The position numbers and the translations under genes were made by a program. DNA of 64,000 nucleotides from an uncultured Chloroflexia bacterium. GTDB taxonomy: Bacteria; Chloroflexota; Limnocylindria; Limnocylindrales; CSP1-4. The stretch is taken from contig CAVVNQ010000018.1 in assembly GCA_963749705.1 (NCBI GenBank), positions 90,195 to 154,194 on the forward strand. The letters run 5' to 3'. Under the pieces are notes generated by a model. The model did not search any database. It was not told where the DNA came from and worked only from the letters and a program-made list of their open reading frames with translations. This document shows positions 1 to 8,922 of the stretch, piece after piece (within the stretch, counting starts at the first letter, position 1; each line of letters opens with the position of its first letter).

Positions 1-61
1 CCGTCGGGCATCGCGTGCGGGAGGCGGGTGCGAGACCACTGCCCGAGGAGGTGAACCGGGA

Positions 62-247
62 TTGGCCGAAGTCCGAGTGGGTGAGAACGAGACGTTCGAG
101 AGCGCCCTGCGCCGCTTCAACAAGAAGATCCAGCAGAGCGGCATCCTCGCCGAGGCTCGCCGGCGCGAGCACTACGAGAAGCCGTCGGTGAAGCGGAAGC
201 GCAAGGAAGCGAAGCGCAAGAAGAACGCACGCGCGAGCCAGGGCTGA
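62..247 (+). CDS. rpsU: 30S ribosomal protein S21
   Basis: [10 protein letters not shown]...[16 protein letters not shown] signature; GAGGAGG SD before TTG start. Confidence 0.97.
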   Translation: MAEVRVGENETFESALRRFNKKIQQSGILAEARRREHYEKPSVKRKRKEAKRKKNARASQG

Positions 248-264
248 GCCGCTTCGGCGGTTCA
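245..264 (+). terminator. UUCG-capped hairpin after rpsU
   Basis: TGAGCCGC-TTCG-GCGGTTCA stem-loop; no U-tract. Confidence 0.4.
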
Positions 265-365
265 CCAGTCCACGCGTCGACCGGGACCGGGATCCCGGGT
301 CCCCACCATCGGCGCAGCTCGCGGGCACGTCGTCTCCGACGCCGTGACACCCGAGGAGCCATCCG

Positions 366-842
366 GTGACCCTTCGCGAACGACTCCACGCTGATACGAC
401 CGCCGCGATGCGGTCGGGTGACGCGCTGCGCCGCGACGTGCTGCGGATGGTCCAGAACGCCATCTACAACATCGAGAAGGCGAACAAGGTCGCGTTGTCC
501 GAGGACGAGGTCCTGGGCGTCGTGGTGCGCGAGGTGAAGACCCGCCGCGAGAGCGTCGAGGCGTTCCGCAAGGGCGGGCGCGAGGACCTCGCGACCAAGG
601 AGGAGGCGGAGATCGCCATCCTCGGTGACTACCTGCCCGCGGCGCTCACCGATGCCGAGCTGCGCGCGCTCGTCGACGAGGGCATCGCCGCGACCGGCGC
701 GTCGAGCGCCCGCGACCTGGGCAAGGTCATGGGCTGGCTGTCCCCCAGGATCCGGGGCCGGGCCGACGGCAAGGTCGCATCCGGGCTGGTCGCGTCGGCG
801 CTGGCGCGCAGCGACCTTGCCGGCCACGACGGGGCCCACTGA
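366..842 (+). CDS. yqeY: GatB/YqeY domain protein
   Basis: AMRSGD...VKTRRESVEAFRKGGREDL...DLGKVMG...GRADGK; usual position after rpsU. Confidence 0.93.
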   Translation: MTLRERLHADTTAAMRSGDALRRDVLRMVQNAIYNIEKANKVALSEDEVLGVVVREVKTRRESVEAFRKGGREDLATKEEAEIAILGDYLPAALTDAELRALVDEGIAATGASSARDLGKVMGWLSPRIRGRADGKVASGLVASALARSDLAGHDGAH

Positions 843-860
843 GGCCGGCGGCGAACCAGC

Positions 861-3005
861 ATGATTTCCCGATCCGCCGAGCAGACCACCGACTTCACCC
901 GCCGCGACGCGTGGCGGCTGATCCTCGCGTCGATCATCACGGTCGCTGCGATGTCCGTGATCCTGGGCGTGGACGTCCTGCCCGCCCAGACACAGCTGGA
1001 GATCGGCAAGCCGGCGCTCGATGACGTGCTCGCGCCGCGTGCCGGCGAGTACGTGAGCGACGTGGCCACCGAGGCCGCCCGGCAGGACGCGCGCGACGGC
1101 GTCGGCCCCCAGTACGACTTCACGCCTGCCCAGGGCGAAGCGATCGCCGGTCAGCAGGCGCAGGCGTTCGAGCAGCGGGTCAAGCAGATCGATGCGGCCT
1201 TCGACTCGGCGATCACGCCCGACTTCCGCAACACGCTGCTCGCCCAGGCGATCCCGGACCTCTCGACCGAGGAGACGACGACGCTGGTCACGATGACCCC
1301 GCAGCGCTGGACCGTCGTCCGGGCCGAGGCCGCGCGGGTGCTGGACACGCTCGAGCGCACCGAGCTCAAGGAGACCCAGGTCGCCACCGTGCGCGCCGGG
1401 CTGGCGGGGCGGCTGTCGGCGGACCTCAGCGTCGACGAGCGCAACCTCGCCGCGGCGATCATCGAGCCGCTCGTGGTGGCCAACTCGTCCTACGACCCCC
1501 AGCTCACCGATACGCGCAAGGCGCAGGCCGCGGACGCGGTCACGCCGGTGCCGGCCGTATGGCAGCGCGGCGACATCATCGTTCGCAAGGGCGATCGCGT
1601 GACCGCCGCGGACATGGAGGCGATCGACTACTTCCAGCTCAACACGGGCGGCCTCGATGTCGCCCGCCTGCTCGGGTTCGTGGTGCTCTCGGCGCTGGTC
1701 GTCGGGTTGCTGCTGACCTGGACGTGGCGCTTCCGCCGCGAGTTCTGGCACCGCAACAACGTGCTGCTGCTGCTCGGACTGCTGCTGGTCGTCGCGGTGT
1801 TCGCGCTCAAGCTCACCGCGGGCCGGGTCGGGGTCCCGTACGCGCTCCCGCTGGCCGCGGTGGGGATGCTGGTCACGGTGCTCCTCGACGGCGGCGTGGC
1901 GCTGGTGATGACCGCGCTCATCGCCGTGATCGCGGCCGCGGTCAACGGCACGGGCCTCGAGCTCGCGGCGTACGTGCTGCTCGGCGGGCTCGCCGGGATC
2001 GTGGCCGTGCGGCGTGGCGACCGGCTCGCCGTGTTCATCCAGGCGGGCATCGCGGTGTTCGCCGTGAACGTCGTGGTCGTCGGCACCTTTGCCCTGCTCG
2101 GCGAACAGGACATCCGCGGCACGCTCGAGCTGTGGGGCGCCTCGGCCGTGGGGGCGGGCGGATCCGCGGTGGCGGCGGTCGGCACCTTCGCCGTGCTCGG
2201 ATCGGTGTTCGGGATCCTGACCGTGTTCCAGCTGCTCGAGCTCGCGAACCCGTCGCAGCCGCTGCTCCGGCGACTGCTGGTCGAGACGCCCGGCACGTAC
2301 CACCACTCGCTGATGGTGGGCAACCTCGCCGAGCGCGCCGCCGAGGCGATCGGGGCGGACCCGCTGCTCGCGCGCGTCGCCGCCTACTACCACGACATCG
2401 GCAAGCTCTCCAATCCCTCGGCGTTCATCGAGAACCAGGCCGGCGGCGACAACATCCACGACGAGCTCGACCCCGAGACCTCCGTCCAGATGCTCAAGGC
2501 GCATGTCAGCGACGGGATCGACACGGCCTACAAGGCGGGGCTGCCGAAGCCGCTGATCGCGTTCATCCCGCAGCACCACGGGACCGGCATCCTGTCCTAC
2601 TTCTACGCCCGGGCGAAGGAGCGCGCGGCGGCCCCGTTCGGCGGCCTCGAGACGGCCGAGGGGCGCAAGGCGGCGGCGGCGATCGAGGTCCGCAAGTACC
2701 GCCATGGCGGTCCCAAGCCGCAGTCGCGCGAGGCCGCGATCATCATGCTCGCGGACTCGGTCGAGGCGTCGGTCCGGTCGCTGTCGTCGCGCGACGAGGC
2801 ATCGATCCGGGCGATGGTGTCGCGGATCTTCGACGAGCGGATCTCCGACGACCAGTTCGACGAATGCGACCTGACGCTGCGCGACATCGAGCGGATCCGC
2901 GAGGCGTTCGTGGAGCAGCTGCTGGGCATGTACCACCAGCGGATCGCGTACCCGCAGAACAAGGTGGTCGAGCTGGAATCGCGGCGAGCCTCCGGGGAGC
3001 AGTAG
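861..3005 (+). CDS. 7TM-HD phosphohydrolase, PgpH-like cyclic di-AMP phosphodiesterase
   Basis: Extracellular domain, multi-TM region, HD motifs PGTYHHS, YYHDIGK, QHHGT, MLADS; upstream of ybeY. Confidence 0.88.
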   Translation: MISRSAEQTTDFTRRDAWRLILASIITVAAMSVILGVDVLPAQTQLEIGKPALDDVLAPRAGEYVSDVATEAARQDARDGVGPQYDFTPAQGEAIAGQQAQAFEQRVKQIDAAFDSAITPDFRNTLLAQAIPDLSTEETTTLVTMTPQRWTVVRAEAARVLDTLERTELKETQVATVRAGLAGRLSADLSVDERNLAAAIIEPLVVANSSYDPQLTDTRKAQAADAVTPVPAVWQRGDIIVRKGDRVTAADMEAIDYFQLNTGGLDVARLLGFVVLSALVVGLLLTWTWRFRREFWHRNNVLLLLGLLLVVAVFALKLTAGRVGVPYALPLAAVGMLVTVLLDGGVALVMTALIAVIAAAVNGTGLELAAYVLLGGLAGIVAVRRGDRLAVFIQAGIAVFAVNVVVVGTFALLGEQDIRGTLELWGASAVGAGGSAVAAVGTFAVLGSVFGILTVFQLLELANPSQPLLRRLLVETPGTYHHSLMVGNLAERAAEAIGADPLLARVAAYYHDIGKLSNPSAFIENQAGGDNIHDELDPETSVQMLKAHVSDGIDTAYKAGLPKPLIAFIPQHHGTGILSYFYARAKERAAAPFGGLETAEGRKAAAAIEVRKYRHGGPKPQSREAAIIMLADSVEASVRSLSSRDEASIRAMVSRIFDERISDDQFDECDLTLRDIERIREAFVEQLLGMYHQRIAYPQNKVVELESRRASGEQ

Positions 3006-3011
3006 CGCCCG

Positions 3012-3560
3012 ATGCGCAGCCTGTACCTCGGGCCGTGGCGGATCGACCTGGAGTGGGGTGCCGGGGTCCCGCGGCTGCTCCCGGGTGCCGCGCTTGCCCG
3101 CACCGCCGCGGCCGCGCTCGAGATCGCCGGCGCCCCGACCCCGGCCTCGCTGGGCCTGATCCTGGCCGACGACCGTGAGCTCGCGACGCTCAACGCCGAG
3201 CACATGGGCAAGGACGGCCCGACCGACGTGCTGTCGTTTCCGATGCTCCCGGCCGACGCGTTTCCGGCGCATCCGGGGAAGGCCGGCGACGGGGCCGGGC
3301 CGTTCGCGTTCGCGCTGCCGCCGGGCACCCGCCCGCACCTGGGCGACATCGTGATCTCGGTGGAACGGGCGATCGACCAGGCCGCGGCCGGGCGTGGCGG
3401 GCAGACGGGCGACGTTCGCTGGGACGCCCTGGACGAGCTGCGACTGCTGGTCACGCACGGCACGCTCCACGTCTGCGGCTGGGATCATGCCGAGCCCGTC
3501 GAGGAGGCCGCGATGCGGTCGCTGGAACGGCGCCTGCTGGGCGGGGACCCCACGGCCTGA
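3012..3560 (+). CDS. ybeY: rRNA maturation endoribonuclease YbeY
   Basis: PTDVLSFP, LGDIVIS, HGTLHVCGWDH zinc motif. Confidence 0.93.
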   Translation: MRSLYLGPWRIDLEWGAGVPRLLPGAALARTAAAALEIAGAPTPASLGLILADDRELATLNAEHMGKDGPTDVLSFPMLPADAFPAHPGKAGDGAGPFAFALPPGTRPHLGDIVISVERAIDQAAAGRGGQTGDVRWDALDELRLLVTHGTLHVCGWDHAEPVEEAAMRSLERRLLGGDPTA

Positions 3561-3666
3561 CGGTTGGTACCATCACCGCTGAGCCCCGTCGGACACGGTC
3601 CCGGGGCCGTTCGCCGTGTCCGGGCGTCCCCGGCACGCCTGCATCGTCGGAGGTGGGATCGACATC

Positions 3667-4371
3667 GTGAAGCTCGTCGTCGGCCTGGGCAACCCGGGTG
3701 GCCAGTACGCGGAGACGCGCCACAACATCGGCTGGATGGTGCTCGATCGCCTCGCGGACCGCGCCGGCCGGTCGGGTCGTGGCCGCCAGCGCGATGCGTC
3801 GGAGAGCATCCAGATCCGGTACAAGGGCCTGGACCTCGTGCTCGCCAAGCCGCTGACGTACATGAACGACTCCGGGATCGCGGTGCGCAAGCTGCTCGCG
3901 CGCGAGCGGACCCCGCTCGTCGAGCTGCTCGTCGTCGCCGATGACTTCGCGCTGCCGTTCGGCAAGCTCCGGTTCCGCGAGGGCGGCAGCCACGGCGGCC
4001 ACAACGGCCTGCGCTCGATCATCGACGAGATGGGCACCGAGAAGATCGCCCGGCTGCGGGTGGGGATCGGCGAGCCCGATCGCGGGGCCATCGACCACGT
4101 GCTCTCGAAGTTTGCCGCCGACGAGCGCACGCGGCTGCCGATCCTGCTCGACGCCGCCGCGGATGCGGTCGAGGCGTGGGCGCGCGAGGGCACCTCGAAG
4201 GCGGCAAACCGGTTCAACGCCTTCGGGCTCCAGGCACCCGCCGAGAGCGGCGATGGTCCAGGACCGGGCGAGGTTGACGGCCCGGCCGATGACACCGGCG
4301 TCCGACGCACGCGGACCGGGTGGCGCCGAATCCTGGGCGGCGATAAGGGCGATGACGGCGGCCGCCGATGA
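3667..4371 (+). CDS. pth: Peptidyl-tRNA hydrolase
   Basis: KLVVGLGNPG...TRHNIG, KPLTYMN, GGHNGLRSI; start moved to GTG 3667 after GGAGG. Confidence 0.95.
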   Translation: MKLVVGLGNPGGQYAETRHNIGWMVLDRLADRAGRSGRGRQRDASESIQIRYKGLDLVLAKPLTYMNDSGIAVRKLLARERTPLVELLVVADDFALPFGKLRFREGGSHGGHNGLRSIIDEMGTEKIARLRVGIGEPDRGAIDHVLSKFAADERTRLPILLDAAADAVEAWAREGTSKAANRFNAFGLQAPAESGDGPGPGEVDGPADDTGVRRTRTGWRRILGGDKGDDGGRR

Positions 4372-7300
4372 CCAATCCCTACCGCGGACGGACGACCCGC
4401 GAACGAAAGCTCGCCGACAAGGTCGCTCGAGAGTGGGCGGAGCGACGGGCCGCGGCAGAGGTCGCCGAGCGCGAGGTCGACCTCGATCGCGCGTCCGCCG
4501 AGGCGGAGGTCGAGCTGCTCGATCCCGCGGCGCGCGCCGAGGCCGCACGGACCCCCGACGCGGCGCCCGCCGACGACGCCGCGACCGGCGATGCCCGCGG
4601 GCGGCCCCGGCGGCCGGCGGCGATGCGCTCGCCGGCGGACCGGGCCGGCGCCACGGGCCGCGGCCCCGGCCGCCGCGTCCCCGATCTCGCGGCGCTGCCG
4701 CGGCTGCTCCACGAGACGGGATCGTTCGCATCGCTGCGCGAGCGGCTGGGCATGCCCGCGGACCCGGTGGGGATCCACGGTCGCCACGCCGGCCTGACCA
4801 CCGTGCCCCACGGCGCCAAGACGTACCTCGCGGCCGCGCTCGCGCTGGCGCCGTCCGGGGAGCGGATCTGCTGGGTCGCGCGCGACGCGGAGATCGGCGA
4901 CCGGGTGGCCGAGGAGCTGGGTGCGTGGCTCGGGGACCCCGCGCTGGTGGCCGTGCTCGAGCCCCGCACGTCGCTGCCCTACGAGCGGAGCGAGCTGGTG
5001 CCCGACGAGACGGCCGCCCGGGTGGCGGCGCTGGCGGCGTGGCGCGAGGGGACGGCGCGGGTGCTGGTGGCCAGCGTCCAGGCGCTGCTCCAGGCCACGC
5101 TCGCCGCCGCCGATCTCCCGGACCGACCGTGGATCCTCCGGGAAGGGTCGCGGATCGGGCTGGACGCGCTGCTGTCCGAGCTGCTCGAGCGCGGGTACAC
5201 GCCCGTCCTCGAGGTCGCGGGACGCGGAGAGCTCGCCCACCGGGGCGGCATCGTCGACGTGTTCCCGCCCTCAGCGGACCTGCCGATCCGGATCGAGCTG
5301 TTCGGCGACGAGGTGGACTCGCTGCGCTCGTTCGATCCCACCGACCAGCGAAGCGTGGAGCCGGTCCACGAGGTCACGCTGCTCCCGGCGACCGAGTTCC
5401 TGCTGCCGGCCGGCGGCGCCGACGAGATCCGGGAGCGGCTGGGGCGCCGTGCCCCGCGACTCCCGGAGCGGCTGGCCCAGGACCTGACGCGGTTCGCGGG
5501 CGATGCGGCAGGGTCATCGGGGCAGCGTGCCGGCCGGGCGCTGGCGGCCGGTGATGCCGCCGAGGTGTGGGCGAGGTTCGTCGCACCGGCCACGGGCCTC
5601 GACCACCTCGGCCCCGAGACCCTGCTGGTGCTCGACGAGCCCGGCGACCTCGCCGACGCGGCGGACTTCCTGTGGCGCCAGGCGGACGAGCGCCAGGCGG
5701 AGCTCGTCGACAGCGGCGACCTGCCGAAGGACTGGCCGGGCGCCTTTCTCCCGCCGCGGGACTGGAAGGCGCGCCTGCATGGAGCCCGCACGCTGGAGCT
5801 CACCTGGCAGTCCGAGGCGGGCGCGGCCGAGGGGATGGCCTACGCGTCGAAGGGCCTGACCTCGGGCGACCTGTTCGGCTGGCGCGAGCCGGTGCTGCCG
5901 CCGGGACGCACGGAGCGGCTCGTCGACGGCGTCGAGCACTGGCTGGGTGAGCGGGCGCGCGTCGTCCTGGCGTCGGACCAGGCCCCCCGCCTGGCGGAGC
6001 TGCTGGGCGAGGCCGGGCACCCGGTGGGCATCGTCCATCGCATCGCCGAGGCGCCGCCGCCGGGGGCGATCGCCCTGATCGAGCGCAGCCTCAACGGCGG
6101 GTTCGAGGGCGGTCCCGACGGGCTCGCGCTGGTCACGGACCGGGAGCTGTTCGGCAGCGTCCGCGTCCGGCGGCCCAAGGCCATGCGGCGGGTGGTGCCA
6201 CGCGACATCCTGGAGCGGCTGTCGCCCGGCGATCTCGTCGTCCACATCGACCACGGGATCGCCCGCTACGAGCAGATGCTCCGGCGCGGGGAGGCGGGCC
6301 AGGAACGCGACTACCTGGAGCTCTCGTTCGCCGCCGGGGACCGGATCTTCGTCCCGGTCGAGCAGATCAACCGGGTCAGCCGCTACTCGGGCGGCGAGCA
6401 CCCGACCCTCAGCCGGCTGGGCGGCACCGACTGGCTGCGTACCAAGCAACGGGTCCGGAAGGCGGTCAGCGACCTCGCCGAGGAGCTGCTGCGGCTGTAC
6501 GCGAAGCGTGAGGCGGCCGACGGCTTCCCGTACGCCGCGGACTCCCCGTGGCAGATGGAGATGGAGGCCTCGTTCCCGTACGAGGAGACGCCGGACCAGC
6601 TCCGGGCCGCCGAGGAGGTCAAGGCCGACATGGAGACGCGCCGGCCGATGGACCGGCTGGTCGTCGGCGACGTCGGGTACGGCAAGACCGAGGTGGCGTT
6701 GCGGGCCGCGTTCAAGGCCACCCAGGACGGCAAGCAGGTCGCGGTCCTGGTGCCGACCACCGTGCTGGCCGGCCAGCACTTCGCCACCTTCAGCCAGCGC
6801 TTCGGCGCGTTCCCGATCACCGTCCGGCTGCTGTCGCGGTTCGTTGGTGCGCGCGAGCAGGAGCGCACGGTGGCCGGTCTCGCCAACGGCACGGTGGACA
6901 TCGTCATCGGCACCCACCGGCTGCTGTCGAAGGACGTGGCGTTCCGGGACCTGGGGCTGGTCGTCGTGGACGAGGAGCAGCGGTTCGGCGTCGCCGCCAA
7001 GGAGCGGCTCAAGCAGCTGCGTGCCGCCGTCGACGTGCTCACGCTGTCGGCGACGCCCATCCCGCGCACGCTCAACCTGGCGCTGGCCGGGATCCGCGAC
7101 CTGTCGGTGATCGAGACGCCGCCCGAGGACCGGCTGCCGATCCAGACGCGCGTGGCGGAGGCGTCGGCGGGGCTCGTCCGCGACGCGATCCTGCGCGAGC
7201 TGGACCGTGGCGGCCAGGTGTTCTACGTGCACAACCGGGTGGAGACGATCGAGGCCCAGGCGGAGCAGCTGCGCCGGCTGCTGCCCGGTGCGCGGATCGT

Positions 7301-8258
7301 GGTGGGCCACGGGCAGATGGGTGAGGGCGCGCTGGAGAAGGTGATGCTCGCCTTCGCGGGTGGCGCGGCCGACGTCCTCGTGTGCACCACGATCATCGAA
7401 TCCGGGCTCGACATCCCCAACGCCAACACGATCGTCATCGACCGGGCGGACACGCTCGGGCTGGCCCAGCTGTACCAGCTCCGGGGGCGGGTGGGACGGT
7501 CGAGCCGGCGGGCGTACGCCTACCTGCTGTATCGCCGTCGCGAGCGGATGAGCGAGGAGGCACGCAAGCGGCTCCAGGCGATCTTCAACGCCTCGGAGCT
7601 GGGCGCCGGGTTCCAGATCGCGCTCGCCGACCTCGAGATCCGGGGCGCGGGCAACATCCTGGGCGGCGAGCAGTCGGGCCACATGGCGGCGGTCGGGTTC
7701 GACCTGTACTCGCGGCTGCTGGGCGAGGCGGTCGAGGAGGCCAAGGCACGGCGCGAGGATCGGGAGCCCGTTCGCGAGGCGATCCAGGCCGTGGTCGACC
7801 TGCCGGTCGACGCTCACCTGCCCGACGACTACGTGCCGGAGGTGGCCCAGAAGCTGGAGCTGTACCGCCGGCTGGCGCGAGCGCGGACGCTGGGCGACGT
7901 CGCCGCGTTCCGCCAGGAGGTCACCGACCGGTACGGACCGCTGCCGGCGCCGGTCCTCCGGCTGGCCGAGGTGGCGGAGCTCCGGCTGGCAGCCGAATCC
8001 GCGGGCGTGGTCTCGCTGGCCCGCGAGGACGGGCTGCTGGTGGTCCGGTTCGGGGCCGGGCTGTCGCGGGCGACCGCGATGCAGCTGCTGACACCATCGG
8101 GGGTCGCGGGGCCGCTGCCGGGCGTCCGGCCGGGGGACATGACGTTCGCGTCGAACCAGGTCCGGATCCGGCTGCCCAAGGATCCGCTCAAGGGCTGGGT
8201 GCTGACGCAGGCGGTGGTGTCGCGGCTGGTCGCGGCGGCGGGGTCAGCGAGCGGGTGA
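4368..8258 (+). CDS. mfd: Transcription-repair coupling factor
   Basis: RGGIVDVFP, HIDHGIARY, GDVGYGKTEVA, DEEQRFG, QLRGRVGRS, TRG motif; pth-mfd synteny. Confidence 0.97.
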   Translation: MTNPYRGRTTRERKLADKVAREWAERRAAAEVAEREVDLDRASAEAEVELLDPAARAEAARTPDAAPADDAATGDARGRPRRPAAMRSPADRAGATGRGPGRRVPDLAALPRLLHETGSFASLRERLGMPADPVGIHGRHAGLTTVPHGAKTYLAAALALAPSGERICWVARDAEIGDRVAEELGAWLGDPALVAVLEPRTSLPYERSELVPDETAARVAALAAWREGTARVLVASVQALLQATLAAADLPDRPWILREGSRIGLDALLSELLERGYTPVLEVAGRGELAHRGGIVDVFPPSADLPIRIELFGDEVDSLRSFDPTDQRSVEPVHEVTLLPATEFLLPAGGADEIRERLGRRAPRLPERLAQDLTRFAGDAAGSSGQRAGRALAAGDAAEVWARFVAPATGLDHLGPETLLVLDEPGDLADAADFLWRQADERQAELVDSGDLPKDWPGAFLPPRDWKARLHGARTLELTWQSEAGAAEGMAYASKGLTSGDLFGWREPVLPPGRTERLVDGVEHWLGERARVVLASDQAPRLAELLGEAGHPVGIVHRIAEAPPPGAIALIERSLNGGFEGGPDGLALVTDRELFGSVRVRRPKAMRRVVPRDILERLSPGDLVVHIDHGIARYEQMLRRGEAGQERDYLELSFAAGDRIFVPVEQINRVSRYSGGEHPTLSRLGGTDWLRTKQRVRKAVSDLAEELLRLYAKREAADGFPYAADSPWQMEMEASFPYEETPDQLRAAEEVKADMETRRPMDRLVVGDVGYGKTEVALRAAFKATQDGKQVAVLVPTTVLAGQHFATFSQRFGAFPITVRLLSRFVGAREQERTVAGLANGTVDIVIGTHRLLSKDVAFRDLGLVVVDEEQRFGVAAKERLKQLRAAVDVLTLSATPIPRTLNLALAGIRDLSVIETPPEDRLPIQTRVAEASAGLVRDAILRELDRGGQVFYVHNRVETIEAQAEQLRRLLPGARIVVGHGQMGEGALEKVMLAFAGGAADVLVCTTIIESGLDIPNANTIVIDRADTLGLAQLYQLRGRVGRSSRRAYAYLLYRRRERMSEEARKRLQAIFNASELGAGFQIALADLEIRGAGNILGGEQSGHMAAVGFDLYSRLLGEAVEEAKARREDREPVREAIQAVVDLPVDAHLPDDYVPEVAQKLELYRRLARARTLGDVAAFRQEVTDRYGPLPAPVLRLAEVAELRLAAESAGVVSLAREDGLLVVRFGAGLSRATAMQLLTPSGVAGPLPGVRPGDMTFASNQVRIRLPKDPLKGWVLTQAVVSRLVAAAGSASG

Positions 8259-8268
8259 AGGAGCGTTC

Positions 8269-8742
8269 ATGAGCTGGCTTCGACGACGACGACGGGCGGC
8301 TCGCCTGATCCTCCTCGATCCGGCCGGTCGCGTGCTGCTGTTTCGACTTTCGGCGGCACGCGATCCGGACGGCAACGGCTACTGGTACCTGCCGGGCGGC
8401 GGAATCCGACTCGGCGAGGCGGTCGAGGCGGCCGCCCGCCGCGAGCTGCGCGAGGAGACGGGCATCCGGGACGTCGTGATCCGTGGGGTGGTGGGGCAAC
8501 GGGCGGGGGTCCGGTTCACGTTCGCAGGCCGCGAGATCGTCCAGGACGAGTGGTACGTCGCCGGTCGGGTGTCGAGCGCGGATCCTGGCCCCGAAACCCG
8601 CGGTCGCCGGCGCGGCGGCGAGGCGGACGCCGTTGCCGCAAGCCGATGGTGGACAACGGACGACCTGGTCGCGACCGAGGATACGGTGTATCCGCCGGGG
8701 CTCACGGACCTCATCGCCAGGGCAGCGGAGGCAGTCCGGTGA
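8269..8742 (+). CDS. NUDIX hydrolase
   Basis: Nudix box PGGGIRLGEAVEAAARRELREETG. Confidence 0.88.
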   Translation: MSWLRRRRRAARLILLDPAGRVLLFRLSAARDPDGNGYWYLPGGGIRLGEAVEAAARRELREETGIRDVVIRGVVGQRAGVRFTFAGREIVQDEWYVAGRVSSADPGPETRGRRRGGEADAVAASRWWTTDDLVATEDTVYPPGLTDLIARAAEAVR

Positions 8743-8922
8743 CGGACGACCCGGCGCAGCTGCATGCCGTCGAGCTTGCGCTTGCGAGCCGGCACGAATC
8801 CGCGATCCGACCACCAGGGGCGACCGCTGACTGGCTGCGGCGCGGCCGCCGGCGGGGGCCGGCAGGCCCGGTCGAGATCGCTGCTGGACGGCGCCGCATT
8901 GGCGTCGTCCGCCGGGCGACAT

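Noticed and set aside
117-3488. Long antisense and alternative-frame ORFs (e.g. 1123 aa at 117-3488, 1016 aa at 11034-14084, 995 aa at 56390-59377)
   Set aside because: Arg/Gly/Pro-rich shadows of real genes, expected from high-GC codon bias; no recognisable motifs
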